Position numbers and translations under genes: made by a program. The notes under the pieces are model-generated. The model made no database searches. It had not been told where the DNA came from and saw only the letters and a list, made by a program, of their open reading frames with translations. DNA of 64,000 nt from a virus. Below are positions 54,957-64,000 of the stretch, in pieces. Position 1 is the stretch's first letter. Each line of letters starts with the position of its first letter. The DNA is taken from the IMG/VR virus record IMGVR_UViG_3300046665_000434, positions 32,001 to 96,000 of that record. One strand, given 5' to 3'.

Positions 54957-56420
54957 ATGAGCGAAAACCTCGGTAGCCCTATCCACCTGTCCTTCTATTC
55001 AATGGAAGGTTTCTCCAAACCAACTGGCTTTGCATTCGGACCGTTTCTGAATGAGTCGCTGGTTCAAGACCTCCGCACTGCCTCCTACCCAGCGATCGCC
55101 AATGACTCCCTGCGTCATGCGATCGCTGCCGCGATGACTCGTGCTGAGGCATTCGAGATCGATGGCGGTTGGGAAGCTGATCGGTTCTTCTTCTCCGGCG
55201 TCATCGAACTCCCTTCCCGCAGCGCCAGTCAGCGCCGCTTCGAATCGGTGATGGGCTATACGTCACCGGCCAAAGCCATCAGTGAAGATATCAAACTCTA
55301 CGTGACGCAAATCCGTGAGTATGAGATCAACACAGCCATCGATAAAAACGGTGAGCTGGGCATCTACCATCAACGTTCGGCCTCTCTGATCAATGCCGAG
55401 TCGATCCACCCAACTAAACTGACGGAAATATTCAGTCCAGACTTCGGTAATGTTGTCCGCCGTGCTTTGGGTGAACGGGCGTTCGGTTCGATGGTAGGGT
55501 TGGTCGGCATGGACCGGTCCATGGTACGTAGCCATGTTGGCACCCAGGCCCGTACTGATGGGTTTGCGCTGTCCGGCATCAGTCCCAACGCGCTGGTCGA
55601 TAACATCGCTACGACCCATCGCCGGATGAACATCGACCAGCGATGTGTTGGCTGGGGCGGGGATGAGTTGGAAGAGGACCGGCTAACGGACCTGATCCAC
55701 GAATACGTGTTCTACAACAATAACGATTTCAAACAACGTCTGCGTTGCCGGACTCACTACCAAGGCCAGGGCTATGTAACCCTGGCTGAGTTGCGTGAAG
55801 TTATTGGCGTGTCGTCCAACCACAACGACGGCGCAGGTTGCGTTAAAAGCATCAACGGTTTCTCGTCACCGGCAACGTATGTCGACGATATCCAGGAGCA
55901 GGTCGACAAGATCATCTACCTGGCTACGCTGGCGGTCGCGGCAATCATGCCGCAATATGGTCTTCGTCGGCTGCGGTTCGATTACAAGAACTTCTACCAC
56001 AAAGTGAACCTCACGTATCTGGTAAACAATTCGGACCTGCGAGTAGCTTCTGGTGACCGCATGGACCAGATGACTGAAGACCAAGTGACACTGATCCTCG
56101 GCGATGCCATGAAAGCTGTAGACGGTTTGACTGATCGCATGTACACCCTGAATATGGATATCGTCGACGGCGCAGCAGCGAACATCATGTTTGCATTCGA
56201 TGGCGAGAAAGCGATCTCCAAGTCGCTCCCTCTCTTCGCACTGTCTGCGTTCCATCCGGGTTGTAATGCCGATACTGCGCAGTATGACCAGTTCTGCCGG
56301 GATGTCTACCAAATGGTAGTCGAACCGTTTCTGACTGCGAACGACCCCTCTGTCAACCCACTCACCGTCGATGATCCGGACCTCAATGTCGACAATACCA
56401 AGCTTCCTTGGAACGAGTAA
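54957..56420 (+). CDS. hypothetical protein
   Basis: 487 aa ORF, SD CAGGAG, followed by a terminator. Confidence 0.85.
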   Translation: MSENLGSPIHLSFYSMEGFSKPTGFAFGPFLNESLVQDLRTASYPAIANDSLRHAIAAAMTRAEAFEIDGGWEADRFFFSGVIELPSRSASQRRFESVMGYTSPAKAISEDIKLYVTQIREYEINTAIDKNGELGIYHQRSASLINAESIHPTKLTEIFSPDFGNVVRRALGERAFGSMVGLVGMDRSMVRSHVGTQARTDGFALSGISPNALVDNIATTHRRMNIDQRCVGWGGDELEEDRLTDLIHEYVFYNNNDFKQRLRCRTHYQGQGYVTLAELREVIGVSSNHNDGAGCVKSINGFSSPATYVDDIQEQVDKIIYLATLAVAAIMPQYGLRRLRFDYKNFYHKVNLTYLVNNSDLRVASGDRMDQMTEDQVTLILGDAMKAVDGLTDRMYTLNMDIVDGAAANIMFAFDGEKAISKSLPLFALSAFHPGCNADTAQYDQFCRDVYQMVVEPFLTANDPSVNPLTVDDPDLNVDNTKLPWNE

Positions 56421-56423
56421 CAC

Positions 56424-56463
56424 CGCAGGGCCTTCGGGCCCTGCATCATCTTTCTTTTTTTTT
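56424..56463 (+). terminator. intrinsic terminator
   Basis: GCAGGGCC-TTCG-GGCCCTGC plus poly-T. Confidence 0.85.
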
Positions 56464-56504
56464 GTATGAAATGGTATGCCATCATCTTAACCTGAGTATG
56501 TACC

Positions 56505-56957
56505 ATGTCCGACTCCTTCAACTATCTCGATTCTCGCGAGATCTCCCGCCGGGAATACCTGATCGGTTCAGACTTCCAGTACCGCGATAGTGTATTCGGA
56601 ATCATCACTGCCCGTAAGGGCTTCAGTACCAACTACGCCAGTATTGATGTGTTGCACAACATCTGGCTGTTCATCTTTTACGCACTGCTTGCGTCTTATG
56701 GGGATAAGGGCGCTACCATCCATGACTGGATCTACAGCGGCTACGGGATCATCAAAGCAGATGGTACGACTTACTACCCTACCCGTAAGGAGTGTGACGA
56801 TATTCTATACCGCGCTCTACGGGCAGAAGGGTTAGCCAGATGGCGAGCGTACATCTTCTACGCCGGCGTTCGTCTTGGCGGTAGTGGAGCCTACACCGCA
56901 GGTCCAGCCCTGTTCACCCCAACCCCTGTCGAACCGAACTATCTATTGGCCGCTTAA
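56505..56957 (+). CDS. DUF1353-family protein
   Basis: GF.T.YAS...A.IHDW.Y...R...D.I...AL......W.....Y.GVRLGG. Confidence 0.8.
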   Translation: MSDSFNYLDSREISRREYLIGSDFQYRDSVFGIITARKGFSTNYASIDVLHNIWLFIFYALLASYGDKGATIHDWIYSGYGIIKADGTTYYPTRKECDDILYRALRAEGLARWRAYIFYAGVRLGGSGAYTAGPALFTPTPVEPNYLLAA

Positions 56958-56966
56958 AGGTATTCC

Positions 56967-57263
56967 ATGAATCGCATACACCTGAAGAAAGAGACTGCAA
57001 CGACTGGGTTCTACTATCTGGATCATGAACCTACCGGTAAGGTATTTACTGGGACGGCCAAGAATATGCAAGCAGGTATCCTAGGGATCCTCGGTGAGCT
57101 CAAAGCCGGCACTCTCGACTATCCGGTCATGTTGCGGCTCTGGAAGGCCGAGCCTTTGTTTACAGCTAAGTGCTTCCCAACGAAGACCATCAGAGAAGCC
57201 CGAGCGCTCGAGAAGGAGTTTCGTAAAGATAAGCAGCATCTGTTGCTCAATACGTATCCATAA
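56967..57263 (+). CDS. degenerate GIY-YIG-like small protein
   Basis: GFYYL...TGKVFTG...A..LE....LN pattern. Confidence 0.5.
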   Translation: MNRIHLKKETATTGFYYLDHEPTGKVFTGTAKNMQAGILGILGELKAGTLDYPVMLRLWKAEPLFTAKCFPTKTIREARALEKEFRKDKQHLLLNTYP

Positions 57264-57264
57264 G

Positions 57265-57297
57265 GCATACAGCGGGGCTAACGCCCCGCTGTATGTT
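57265..57297. terminator. bidirectional terminator between convergent genes
   Basis: GCATACAGCGGGGC/GCCCCGCTGTATGT; same stem as at 10190. Confidence 0.8.
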
Positions 57298-57301
57298 GTA
57301 C

Positions 57302-58396
57302 TTACGCCAGAATGCGCGTGAGGTCTTTGTGAACCACTACCGCCAGTGCCATGATTCGGCCTAGGAAGTGAGTAGCTTCGCTGAGGTTCTGGAGCTCCAG
57401 CTTGGCATCTTCCTTCAACTGGGCGACAGCTTCCTTATCGTTCGCTTTCTTGACTGCCCGTTCGAGATTCTTCTCGATAATACCCCGATGCTCTTCGAGG
57501 GACTTGGCCTTGTTGGAGATCAGCAGGATCGTCCGATAGGCTTCAGTAATAGCTTTGGTCAGCTGAGGTACGTCGACCTTATATTCCATGGTCTTGGTCC
57601 CGCCCTGAGGGATCTTCTGCCAGACCCGTTGGGCTGCTTTCTTGTAGCCATTGTCATTCAGGAACTGTTTGAGGTTGCTCGTATCCTGCTTGCCGCCGTA
57701 AGCTTTCTCACCATCGGCGTAATCCATGACTTCTTTCGAAGTGAGGATACCGAGTACAGAAGTGATCTTGCTGTACTCAAGACCGTTGTTCTGCACCATC
57801 CACGTAGGGATTTTCGGCATGAGTTTCTGCTTCTCGAACTTCTTGTCCGCAGGAGCAACAAACTTCTCATGTCCGATGGTGGTGAACCCTTCGGTCTTGT
57901 ACTTGGCAGCGCTTGCAGCAGCGGCCTTGGTATCTTCGTCAGCCTTTTTGGCACGTAGACCAACCGCCGAGAGGAAACGATTGAGCAGTTTACCAAGTGC
58001 CGCCAGGCGCTCACGAATCCATTTCAGAATGGCGTCGATAGTACCTTTGATTTTATCGCCGATCGACTTCTTGTCCTTCTCGGCTTCTTCAAACGAAGGT
58101 ACGGCCACCGATACTGGAATGTCCAGGCCGCTGACTTTGATCAGCTGAGACAGAGTGAAGGTGTAGCTCTCCATCGATTCGACCGTGAATTCGGCCTTTT
58201 CGAATCGAACGTACATCGACTCAAGAGACTCTGCCAATGCGCACGCACGATTGACTTCGTCGTTGTTATTGCCGACGAGTTCGACAACATCATCGAACTC
58301 CTGTTCAGGATCACCAAGGTGTTCGCCGGTCAGGATCAGAGGCCGATCGATCTCACCTGCTTCTACCGCATAGTCGAACAGCGGGTTATTTAACAT
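57302..58396 (-). CDS. putative internal head (virion) protein
   Basis: acidic propeptide-like N-terminus with AVE/SLE/SME/SFE motifs, then IKGTIDAILKWI amphipathic helix; paralogue of 61182..62513. Confidence 0.7.
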   Translation of the reverse strand: MLNNPLFDYAVEAGEIDRPLILTGEHLGDPEQEFDDVVELVGNNNDEVNRACALAESLESMYVRFEKAEFTVESMESYTFTLSQLIKVSGLDIPVSVAVPSFEEAEKDKKSIGDKIKGTIDAILKWIRERLAALGKLLNRFLSAVGLRAKKADEDTKAAAASAAKYKTEGFTTIGHEKFVAPADKKFEKQKLMPKIPTWMVQNNGLEYSKITSVLGILTSKEVMDYADGEKAYGGKQDTSNLKQFLNDNGYKKAAQRVWQKIPQGGTKTMEYKVDVPQLTKAITEAYRTILLISNKAKSLEEHRGIIEKNLERAVKKANDKEAVAQLKEDAKLELQNLSEATHFLGRIMALAVVVHKDLTRILA

Positions 58397-58423
58397 GGAT
58401 TGCTCACTTGTGCTGAGTGTTGG

Positions 58424-61129
58424 TTATTCCGTAGTACGTTTGATATCGACTCGCATCGATGCCAGCGTCTTATAGATATCGATCGGCTCACACTTGAGGA
58501 TATACTCCTCGATCGTGTGTTGTGTCTTGTACTCGTTCTGAATGCCGTTCTGCTGATTGAGATTAGGAAACCATCCGTCTTCCGCTTCAGCTTTGATGGT
58601 GTACAAGAACACCGGCAGGCGCAGAACATCGTTCAACGTGAAGCTGTCTGGTGTTTCGATCGTGATACGTTTTGTCTTCTGATCGTAGTGATACCGATCC
58701 AGACGCCATTTCTTTTCGATCGCAGACGAGATACCCAGCATGATGGCTTCATGCCGATCCGATGAACTATACAGCCATTCATTGGATTCAGTACCGTCCC
58801 ACTCAACCAACTTACCTGAACGCAAGAAGCCAGGCATCAGCTCCTCTTGTTTATACATCGACCCGTGGTACAGGTAGTGCGGCAGCTCAAACCCTGAGGA
58901 TTCTTTACTGTAGCTACGTTCCTGTCCCCAACCTTGGCCGCTGTGGCCGCTCTGGTCAAGCGTATTGCCGATACCTAAGATGTCAGCCAGCAACTGACCA
59001 AGACCTTGCAGGAACGAGAACGTGAAGCCTTCTGACGAGTATTCGGATATGTCCACCGACTCCAGAGACAGATACGCGCCCAATGGATCAGTGACCATTC
59101 GTTTCTCAAGCGCCAGCGTGTCGAGGTCGACGTTCTTCACCGACATGATCGCAGCTACCTGAGCCTGACTCCACTCCAGGATCTCGTTACTACGAGTACT
59201 GATGTTAGGCTGACTGCCGGTATCGAGCAAGAACGAGAACACATCCACGTCCTCATCCTGACCAAGGCGCGCAGCACGAGCGATGGTCTGGATCTTGATC
59301 GCTTCACGGAATGCCTGATTGAGCAGCAGGATACGGTTGGCTGCCGTCAGCGGAACCCCGGTCGACAGGGACTGGTAGGTCGCAATCAACGGATTGAGGT
59401 CTTCGTCCTTATAGAACTTAGCCACAATCTGAGGCAGGTCTTTGTTAGTAGCGCCAAAGATACGAGCAGGGGAATACCCGTCCTTGAAGACCTTCTCAGC
59501 AACAGCCTCGACGACCTCTACCCAGCTGGTGAAGATCAGCGTCTTCTTCTTGGCACCATCGATGTATTTCTCAAAGTCGATGTACTGCACCATTTCGACG
59601 TGACACTTGGAACGCATGCCGCCAACAATCGAGCCGAGCGCCTCACCCATCACTTTGAGTGGTAGGTACTTCACGACACTCTTAGCCGATCTGAACTCAG
59701 CCTTCATTGCAGAAGGTAGAGACGGGATGATCTGCTTACGCTCGTACTGGTTGGCGAGCATCGCCTCTTCTTTCATGGTCCGTGGATCGAATCCAGAGGA
59801 CACGATCTTCACTGCCTTGTTGTACTCGACGAATTCTCTCCGTTGAGCATCATTGGTTAGTGTCTTCTCGAACCAGTCAAGACCTGCCTGATACTGGCGT
59901 TCGTAAGCCTTACGGTTGAGTTCGTAATAGTGCGTACGCTCATCGATGAATTTTCGCAACACCGTACTGATGTTCTCAAGCGTGTACTTGTCGCCGTCCG
60001 GCATCTTGACGAGAACTTGCTCTTCGGTAACGTTGGTCTTGACCACGTCTTGTTTAGGGACATGGTACTTGAGGTGCCCCATCCGGTTACGCAGGATATC
60101 GTTGGCGCGCTTTGCATCACGGCCGTAGATCTTCCTGAAGCGTTCTTCCGTATCGTTGTCAAACAACGGGTCGATACACTTGAGGAATGGGATACACTCA
60201 ACGCCCAGCGCCAAGATAGGCGTACCGGACGACCAGATGGAATAACTGACAGCCTTCATCTGGCACAGTTCGATCAGCAGTTGCGCACGGTCGGACTGGA
60301 TACGGTTGAAGTTGTGGGACTCATCAAGAATAACAAACGTGTTGTTAAACTCACGGCTGTTGGCCTTGACGTAATCCAACATTTCCTCAAGCGACTCGTA
60401 ATGGCAGATGTAGTAGTGCTTGTCCAACGTCAATGGTTGTCCGCTGGTGCTGTACCAGTAAGGACGGCGCTTGGTCAGAATACCATCGATGGTATCTTTC
60501 CAGACGGTCTCAGTTACTGGTTTAGGGCAGATCACGATCACCTTGTTAGGGTGAGTAGATTCCGCACACACCAACGTACCAACGGTCTTACCGCTACCAG
60601 CGCCTGCATCGAGCATGTAGCCCTTCAGCTGGAAGGCTGGGACCAGACGTCCAAAGATCTCGATGAACTCGCTCTGGAACGGTTTGAGAGGGAATGGAGC
60701 CAACCCGACAATAGAGTCAGGGTCAGTCGCCATCTTGAAACTCTTACCGTTAGGATTGCTGAGCTTACCGCCCTTCTGCTGAGACTGGATTTCAAGAGCT
60801 TGTCGATCAGCATCACCCAGCCAAGTGTTTTCCTTACACTCGTCAATGATCTTTTGCAGTACACGTTTTGGCGTACGTGTTTGTCTGTCGTCGTAGATAC
60901 GTTGACAGATATACAGGAAGTCAGGGCCGAAGAAGTGACGCATGCGGATCTCAGACGACCGCACCACCGAGAACATGTATTTGAAGAGGGTGTTGTTACC
61001 CCAAAGCCGATACATGTCACGACGTAGCAATTCGGTACTGATCCCTTCAATAATCAGAAAGGTTGGGGTGGATTCAACTTCGATCAACCCTAGGCGACGT
61101 TTCAATCCTGCAAACATGGTGACTCTCAC
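58424..61129 (-). CDS. SF2 (SNF2/DExH-like) helicase with extra C-terminal domain
   Basis: GAGSGKT, ILDESH, SGTP, STGVPL and QTIARAAR motifs. Confidence 0.9.
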   Translation of the reverse strand: MRVTMFAGLKRRLGLIEVESTPTFLIIEGISTELLRRDMYRLWGNNTLFKYMFSVVRSSEIRMRHFFGPDFLYICQRIYDDRQTRTPKRVLQKIIDECKENTWLGDADRQALEIQSQQKGGKLSNPNGKSFKMATDPDSIVGLAPFPLKPFQSEFIEIFGRLVPAFQLKGYMLDAGAGSGKTVGTLVCAESTHPNKVIVICPKPVTETVWKDTIDGILTKRRPYWYSTSGQPLTLDKHYYICHYESLEEMLDYVKANSREFNNTFVILDESHNFNRIQSDRAQLLIELCQMKAVSYSIWSSGTPILALGVECIPFLKCIDPLFDNDTEERFRKIYGRDAKRANDILRNRMGHLKYHVPKQDVVKTNVTEEQVLVKMPDGDKYTLENISTVLRKFIDERTHYYELNRKAYERQYQAGLDWFEKTLTNDAQRREFVEYNKAVKIVSSGFDPRTMKEEAMLANQYERKQIIPSLPSAMKAEFRSAKSVVKYLPLKVMGEALGSIVGGMRSKCHVEMVQYIDFEKYIDGAKKKTLIFTSWVEVVEAVAEKVFKDGYSPARIFGATNKDLPQIVAKFYKDEDLNPLIATYQSLSTGVPLTAANRILLLNQAFREAIKIQTIARAARLGQDEDVDVFSFLLDTGSQPNISTRSNEILEWSQAQVAAIMSVKNVDLDTLALEKRMVTDPLGAYLSLESVDISEYSSEGFTFSFLQGLGQLLADILGIGNTLDQSGHSGQGWGQERSYSKESSGFELPHYLYHGSMYKQEELMPGFLRSGKLVEWDGTESNEWLYSSSDRHEAIMLGISSAIEKKWRLDRYHYDQKTKRITIETPDSFTLNDVLRLPVFLYTIKAEAEDGWFPNLNQQNGIQNEYKTQHTIEEYILKCEPIDIYKTLASMRVDIKRTTE

Positions 61130-61181
61130 TTAGAGCCTGGGGCCCCTGAATTCATGGAACCCCAGTCAGTGTGGGGATTGA

Positions 61182-62513
61182 CTACTTCTTCTCTTCTTTC
61201 TTTTCAGCTTTCTTGAAGATGGTGTAACACTCGACGTTGGTTCTGAGGATACGAACACCGCAACGTTGGAAGTTGTCGCACTCTTGGGCGATTTCATTGT
61301 AACCCATCGACATCTTCATGAACGCATTGATAACGTACTTATAGCCTGCGTATTTCGAGATGCGTTTCTTGTAAGTGGCAAGCGCCACATTACGTGCGGC
61401 TTTCCAGTCGTCTTTCCGCTGCTGCTCGTTGGCGCTAAGGTGTTCGCCCCGAAGATTCGCCAGATCTGCACTGCCCAGACTCCAGCCGTATTCCCTGTCA
61501 GTTTCTCTCAAAATTTTATCGAGAGTATCACCTTCGGTCTTGGTGGCCTTGTCCAAGATCTGTTGGTAACGCTGACTCATGCCGGTGAATCTGCCAATGG
61601 TGGCCTGGATCGAATCGTTGATCGTCTTCTGCTCGAACGAGAAGGCTTCCAGCGCATTGACTGCCTCGACCAGATCCTTGATTTCCATCGGAGCAGTTTC
61701 GGTGACTTGGTGCGTACGATTATGCCGCTTGACGGACAGGGCGAAATGCTGCTTGGGATCGAACACCGCTTTACTGTCTTCGATGAACGGCATCTCGGTG
61801 ACCCGGTTAAAACCGATCTCGTGATAAATATCTTCAGAGCTAGTCACGCCCTCGAGAGTCGCAGGATCAAGGCGAATAACGTCTTCCTGGATCTTGGACA
61901 GTTTACGCGTGGTGTCTTGGATATGGCGAACGGCTTCATGGATGTCAGACATCTTGATGGCGAACTTACCACTGGCGGTGAATCCGTATCCAGGAGCCGC
62001 CATCGAGAACGCTCTGACCTTCTTGTCAGACAGTGTCGGAATGATCTCTTTGATCGCGCGCAGATCGTCAGCGACTTTAGCAGCGTGGTGGATACGCATG
62101 CCTAGCAGCTTTCTGAGGCCCTCCATGAACTTTGCAGCAGCTTGCTTGATCCATTCCCAGATCTTGGCGAGGAAGCTTTTCTGCTTATCCTCAGCTTCGG
62201 TAGAGTAATCCGACGCCGACTCGAACGAAGGCGCAATCAGACTGATCGGCAGATGTGCGATACCGGCAGACTGGATCAGCGCACCTACCGCTACCTCGTA
62301 CTGTTTAGCAGTCGCCGCAGTAGCTTCTATCGACAAGAAACGCAGAGACAGACTCTCCATGCTTTCGACGAAGGAGATTGCTCTTACCAAGTCATGACCA
62401 TGCTGACGGATTGCATGGACAGCCTCTTGGGAATACTCGATTGGAACTAGTACTGGCACCGCACCGGATTCCACGGCATAGCCCATCAATAGGTTATCTT
62501 CACGCATGATCAT
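61182..62513 (-). CDS. putative internal head (virion) protein
   Basis: YAVE, SME, PSFE, STE motifs then FLAKIWEWIK helix; paralogue of 57302..58396. Confidence 0.7.
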   Translation of the reverse strand: MIMREDNLLMGYAVESGAVPVLVPIEYSQEAVHAIRQHGHDLVRAISFVESMESLSLRFLSIEATAATAKQYEVAVGALIQSAGIAHLPISLIAPSFESASDYSTEAEDKQKSFLAKIWEWIKQAAAKFMEGLRKLLGMRIHHAAKVADDLRAIKEIIPTLSDKKVRAFSMAAPGYGFTASGKFAIKMSDIHEAVRHIQDTTRKLSKIQEDVIRLDPATLEGVTSSEDIYHEIGFNRVTEMPFIEDSKAVFDPKQHFALSVKRHNRTHQVTETAPMEIKDLVEAVNALEAFSFEQKTINDSIQATIGRFTGMSQRYQQILDKATKTEGDTLDKILRETDREYGWSLGSADLANLRGEHLSANEQQRKDDWKAARNVALATYKKRISKYAGYKYVINAFMKMSMGYNEIAQECDNFQRCGVRILRTNVECYTIFKKAEKKEEKK

Positions 62514-62542
62514 GTCCCAAATAAGGAAGTAGTTTCATAAAA

Positions 62543-62857
62543 TTACGCTGCCGGAAAGCAGGTCTCTGGAATGTCTGGAAGATCGACAGTAATCCCAGCT
62601 TTGTCGTGCGTACAATCGGCACAATAGATGATGGTGTTGTTCGTCACGAAGCTGTGACAGATTGAATTCAGCCAGTCTTTGGAGACCTTGACTGACGGCG
62701 TAAACGTGATCATTGAGGCATCCTGATTCCAGCCCCAGTTATAATCAGGACGGACATGGTAGACCCGTATCCAATGCAGTTCATCGCATGCGGGGCAATA
62801 GAAAGCTACTCCGTCACCGCGCTTTACCAACTTAGATCCTAACCGTTCCATAATCAC
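62543..62857 (-). CDS. DUF6527-like Cys/His protein
   Basis: CPAC...H...W.WN....TFTPSV...CHSFV......C.DCTH. Confidence 0.75.
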   Translation of the reverse strand: MIMERLGSKLVKRGDGVAFYCPACDELHWIRVYHVRPDYNWGWNQDASMITFTPSVKVSKDWLNSICHSFVTNNTIIYCADCTHDKAGITVDLPDIPETCFPAA

Positions 62858-62906
62858 ACCTCTCGTTAAAAGTTATTATATAGCCTAATCTTCTTGGACA
62901 GTCATC

Positions 62907-63704
62907 ATGCTAGCGGTCATTATTAAAGGCAATCCGAAGTTCATCAACACTCCGCTAGCTAAGTCGTACTATAGTGATATCGAGACGTTTCTAAAATCTC
63001 TCGGTTACACAGTTGAGTTTAATGCCGGTAAAGACTACACTCGTCCTAGACAGGATGCGGATCTCTATATCGGACATTCTCGTGGTGCCGACCGTTATGA
63101 CTTCATGGACGCTAAGAACAAAAGCAAGTTCTTGAAGTTCGGTGTCCTTGAAGGCTATATCCATCCGGTAGATGCCGCGTGGCAGAAAGTAACGAAGCCT
63201 GGAACCGGCGTTCCCCCAAACGAACACTTCATCTTCACTGATGAGCAGAAAGAAGCTATCCGAAGTAAAACGGCCGAGCTCTCTACGGAATCGAACTCAA
63301 CTGTCGATACGTTGATTGCTAACGCCATGAAAGAAAAGTTCCTTGGCCCAGCCTCTCTTAATAAACACATGGAGAATCTGGTTGTCATCGAGTCTAATGG
63401 TAAACCTGTAGGCTTCTATATACCGTTCCAAGAAAAGGACGGTGTCTGGCGTACGGGATCGATTTACCTGCTACCTGAATATCGTGGACGTGGGATCGCT
63501 AAAGACGTGATCGCCAAGTTCGCGAAAGAGCGGAGAGTAAGGGCATGGATAGAGCGTGGAAATACAGCCAGCGTTCGGGCCTTTACTGCGGCAGGGTTGG
63601 CGGGGACTGGACGACGCTTGCTGGTGAACGGTAAGCACTTTGATGAGTACGTTACTCTTGAAGAATCGTTAGAGCGCAATACGCGTATCCTGAGCTGGGA
63701 CTAA
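62907..63704 (+). CDS. two-domain protein: hypothetical N-terminal domain plus GNAT acetyltransferase
   Basis: IYLLPEYRGRGIA...NTASVRAF..AG GNAT motifs A and B. Confidence 0.8.
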   Translation: MLAVIIKGNPKFINTPLAKSYYSDIETFLKSLGYTVEFNAGKDYTRPRQDADLYIGHSRGADRYDFMDAKNKSKFLKFGVLEGYIHPVDAAWQKVTKPGTGVPPNEHFIFTDEQKEAIRSKTAELSTESNSTVDTLIANAMKEKFLGPASLNKHMENLVVIESNGKPVGFYIPFQEKDGVWRTGSIYLLPEYRGRGIAKDVIAKFAKERRVRAWIERGNTASVRAFTAAGLAGTGRRLLVNGKHFDEYVTLEESLERNTRILSWD

Positions 63705-63739
63705 TCATTATATGCAAGCACCGGGTAGGGTGTAAGCAG

Positions 63740-63942
63740 ACGGTGGCGGTTACGCCTGATCGAGTGACACACTCCTCGGTTAGGTAACCAGTGGTCAGGA
63801 TGTCCTCTCTGACCTAAGACGTTATTGCTGTGGGTGCGATAACGTCTGCTGAAGCGAATGCTCAGCCTACAACGTTTGGTAGCGCGGGGACATGCCAAAC
63901 GTTGTGGGGTGGACATACATACCCCAGTGTGACCACTACCGT
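63740..63942 (+). ncRNA. candidate multi-hairpin structured RNA
   Basis: six consecutive hairpins enclosed by ACGGTGG/CTACCGT; no credible ORF. Confidence 0.5.
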
Positions 63943-63992
63943 ACATCCCTCGATCCTTCCACTCCTAGGGATCGAGGGATGTACCTTTCTTT
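63941..63992 (+). terminator. intrinsic terminator
   Basis: 16-bp GTACATCCCTCGATCC/GGATCGAGGGATGTAC stem plus T-rich tail. Confidence 0.8.
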
Positions 63993-64000
63993 ATGCCGCA

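Noticed and set aside
54957-56420. Assignment to a named phiKZ core protein (RNA polymerase subunit or nuclear import factor)
   Set aside because: Only a vague recalled resemblance (GW...RF.F...GYT); cannot be supported without a profile search
1-64000. CRISPR array, transposase/integrase, rRNA or stop-codon recoding
   Set aside because: No regularly spaced direct repeats or such genes seen; recognisable genes are intact in the standard code and use all three stop codons

Overview
This window is a segment of a phiKZ-like (nucleus-forming-type) jumbo phage genome. The assignment rests on densely packed + strand ORFans, a repeated early-promoter-like motif CAGTCATACATT, long hairpin terminators, minus-strand head proteins with S/A-x-E processing motifs and an SF2 helicase. 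The window carries nucleotide-metabolism genes (tmk C-terminus, ThyA with insertions, DHFR, dCTP deaminase, Nudix) and candidate counter-defence enzymes (SpoT-type HD hydrolase, macrodomain, Ntn-peptidase-like, PTP-like, QueC-like, ART-like). It also carries a spanin/holin-like set and a tRNA cluster at about 34.5-39.2 kb. The most striking feature is in that cluster. Beside seven ordinary CCA-ending tRNAs (Asp, Asn, Trp, Tyr, Gln, Ile, Gly) are four tRNA-Val-like genes that together cover all four valine anticodons (TAC, AAC, GAC, CAC). Each is interrupted at the same position (between nt 33 and 34) and each ends in CCT rather than CCA. In three of them the insert is itself a circularly permuted tRNA or tRNA fragment, giving a two-elbowed 'tRNA inside a tRNA'. 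A tRNA-Leu(TAG)-like gene is split at the same position by a bare PD-(D/E)XK endonuclease ORF with no room for a ribozyme. Further degenerate tRNA-like RNAs and two candidate large structured ncRNAs are present. All protein calls are by motif recognition only; no database searches were run.
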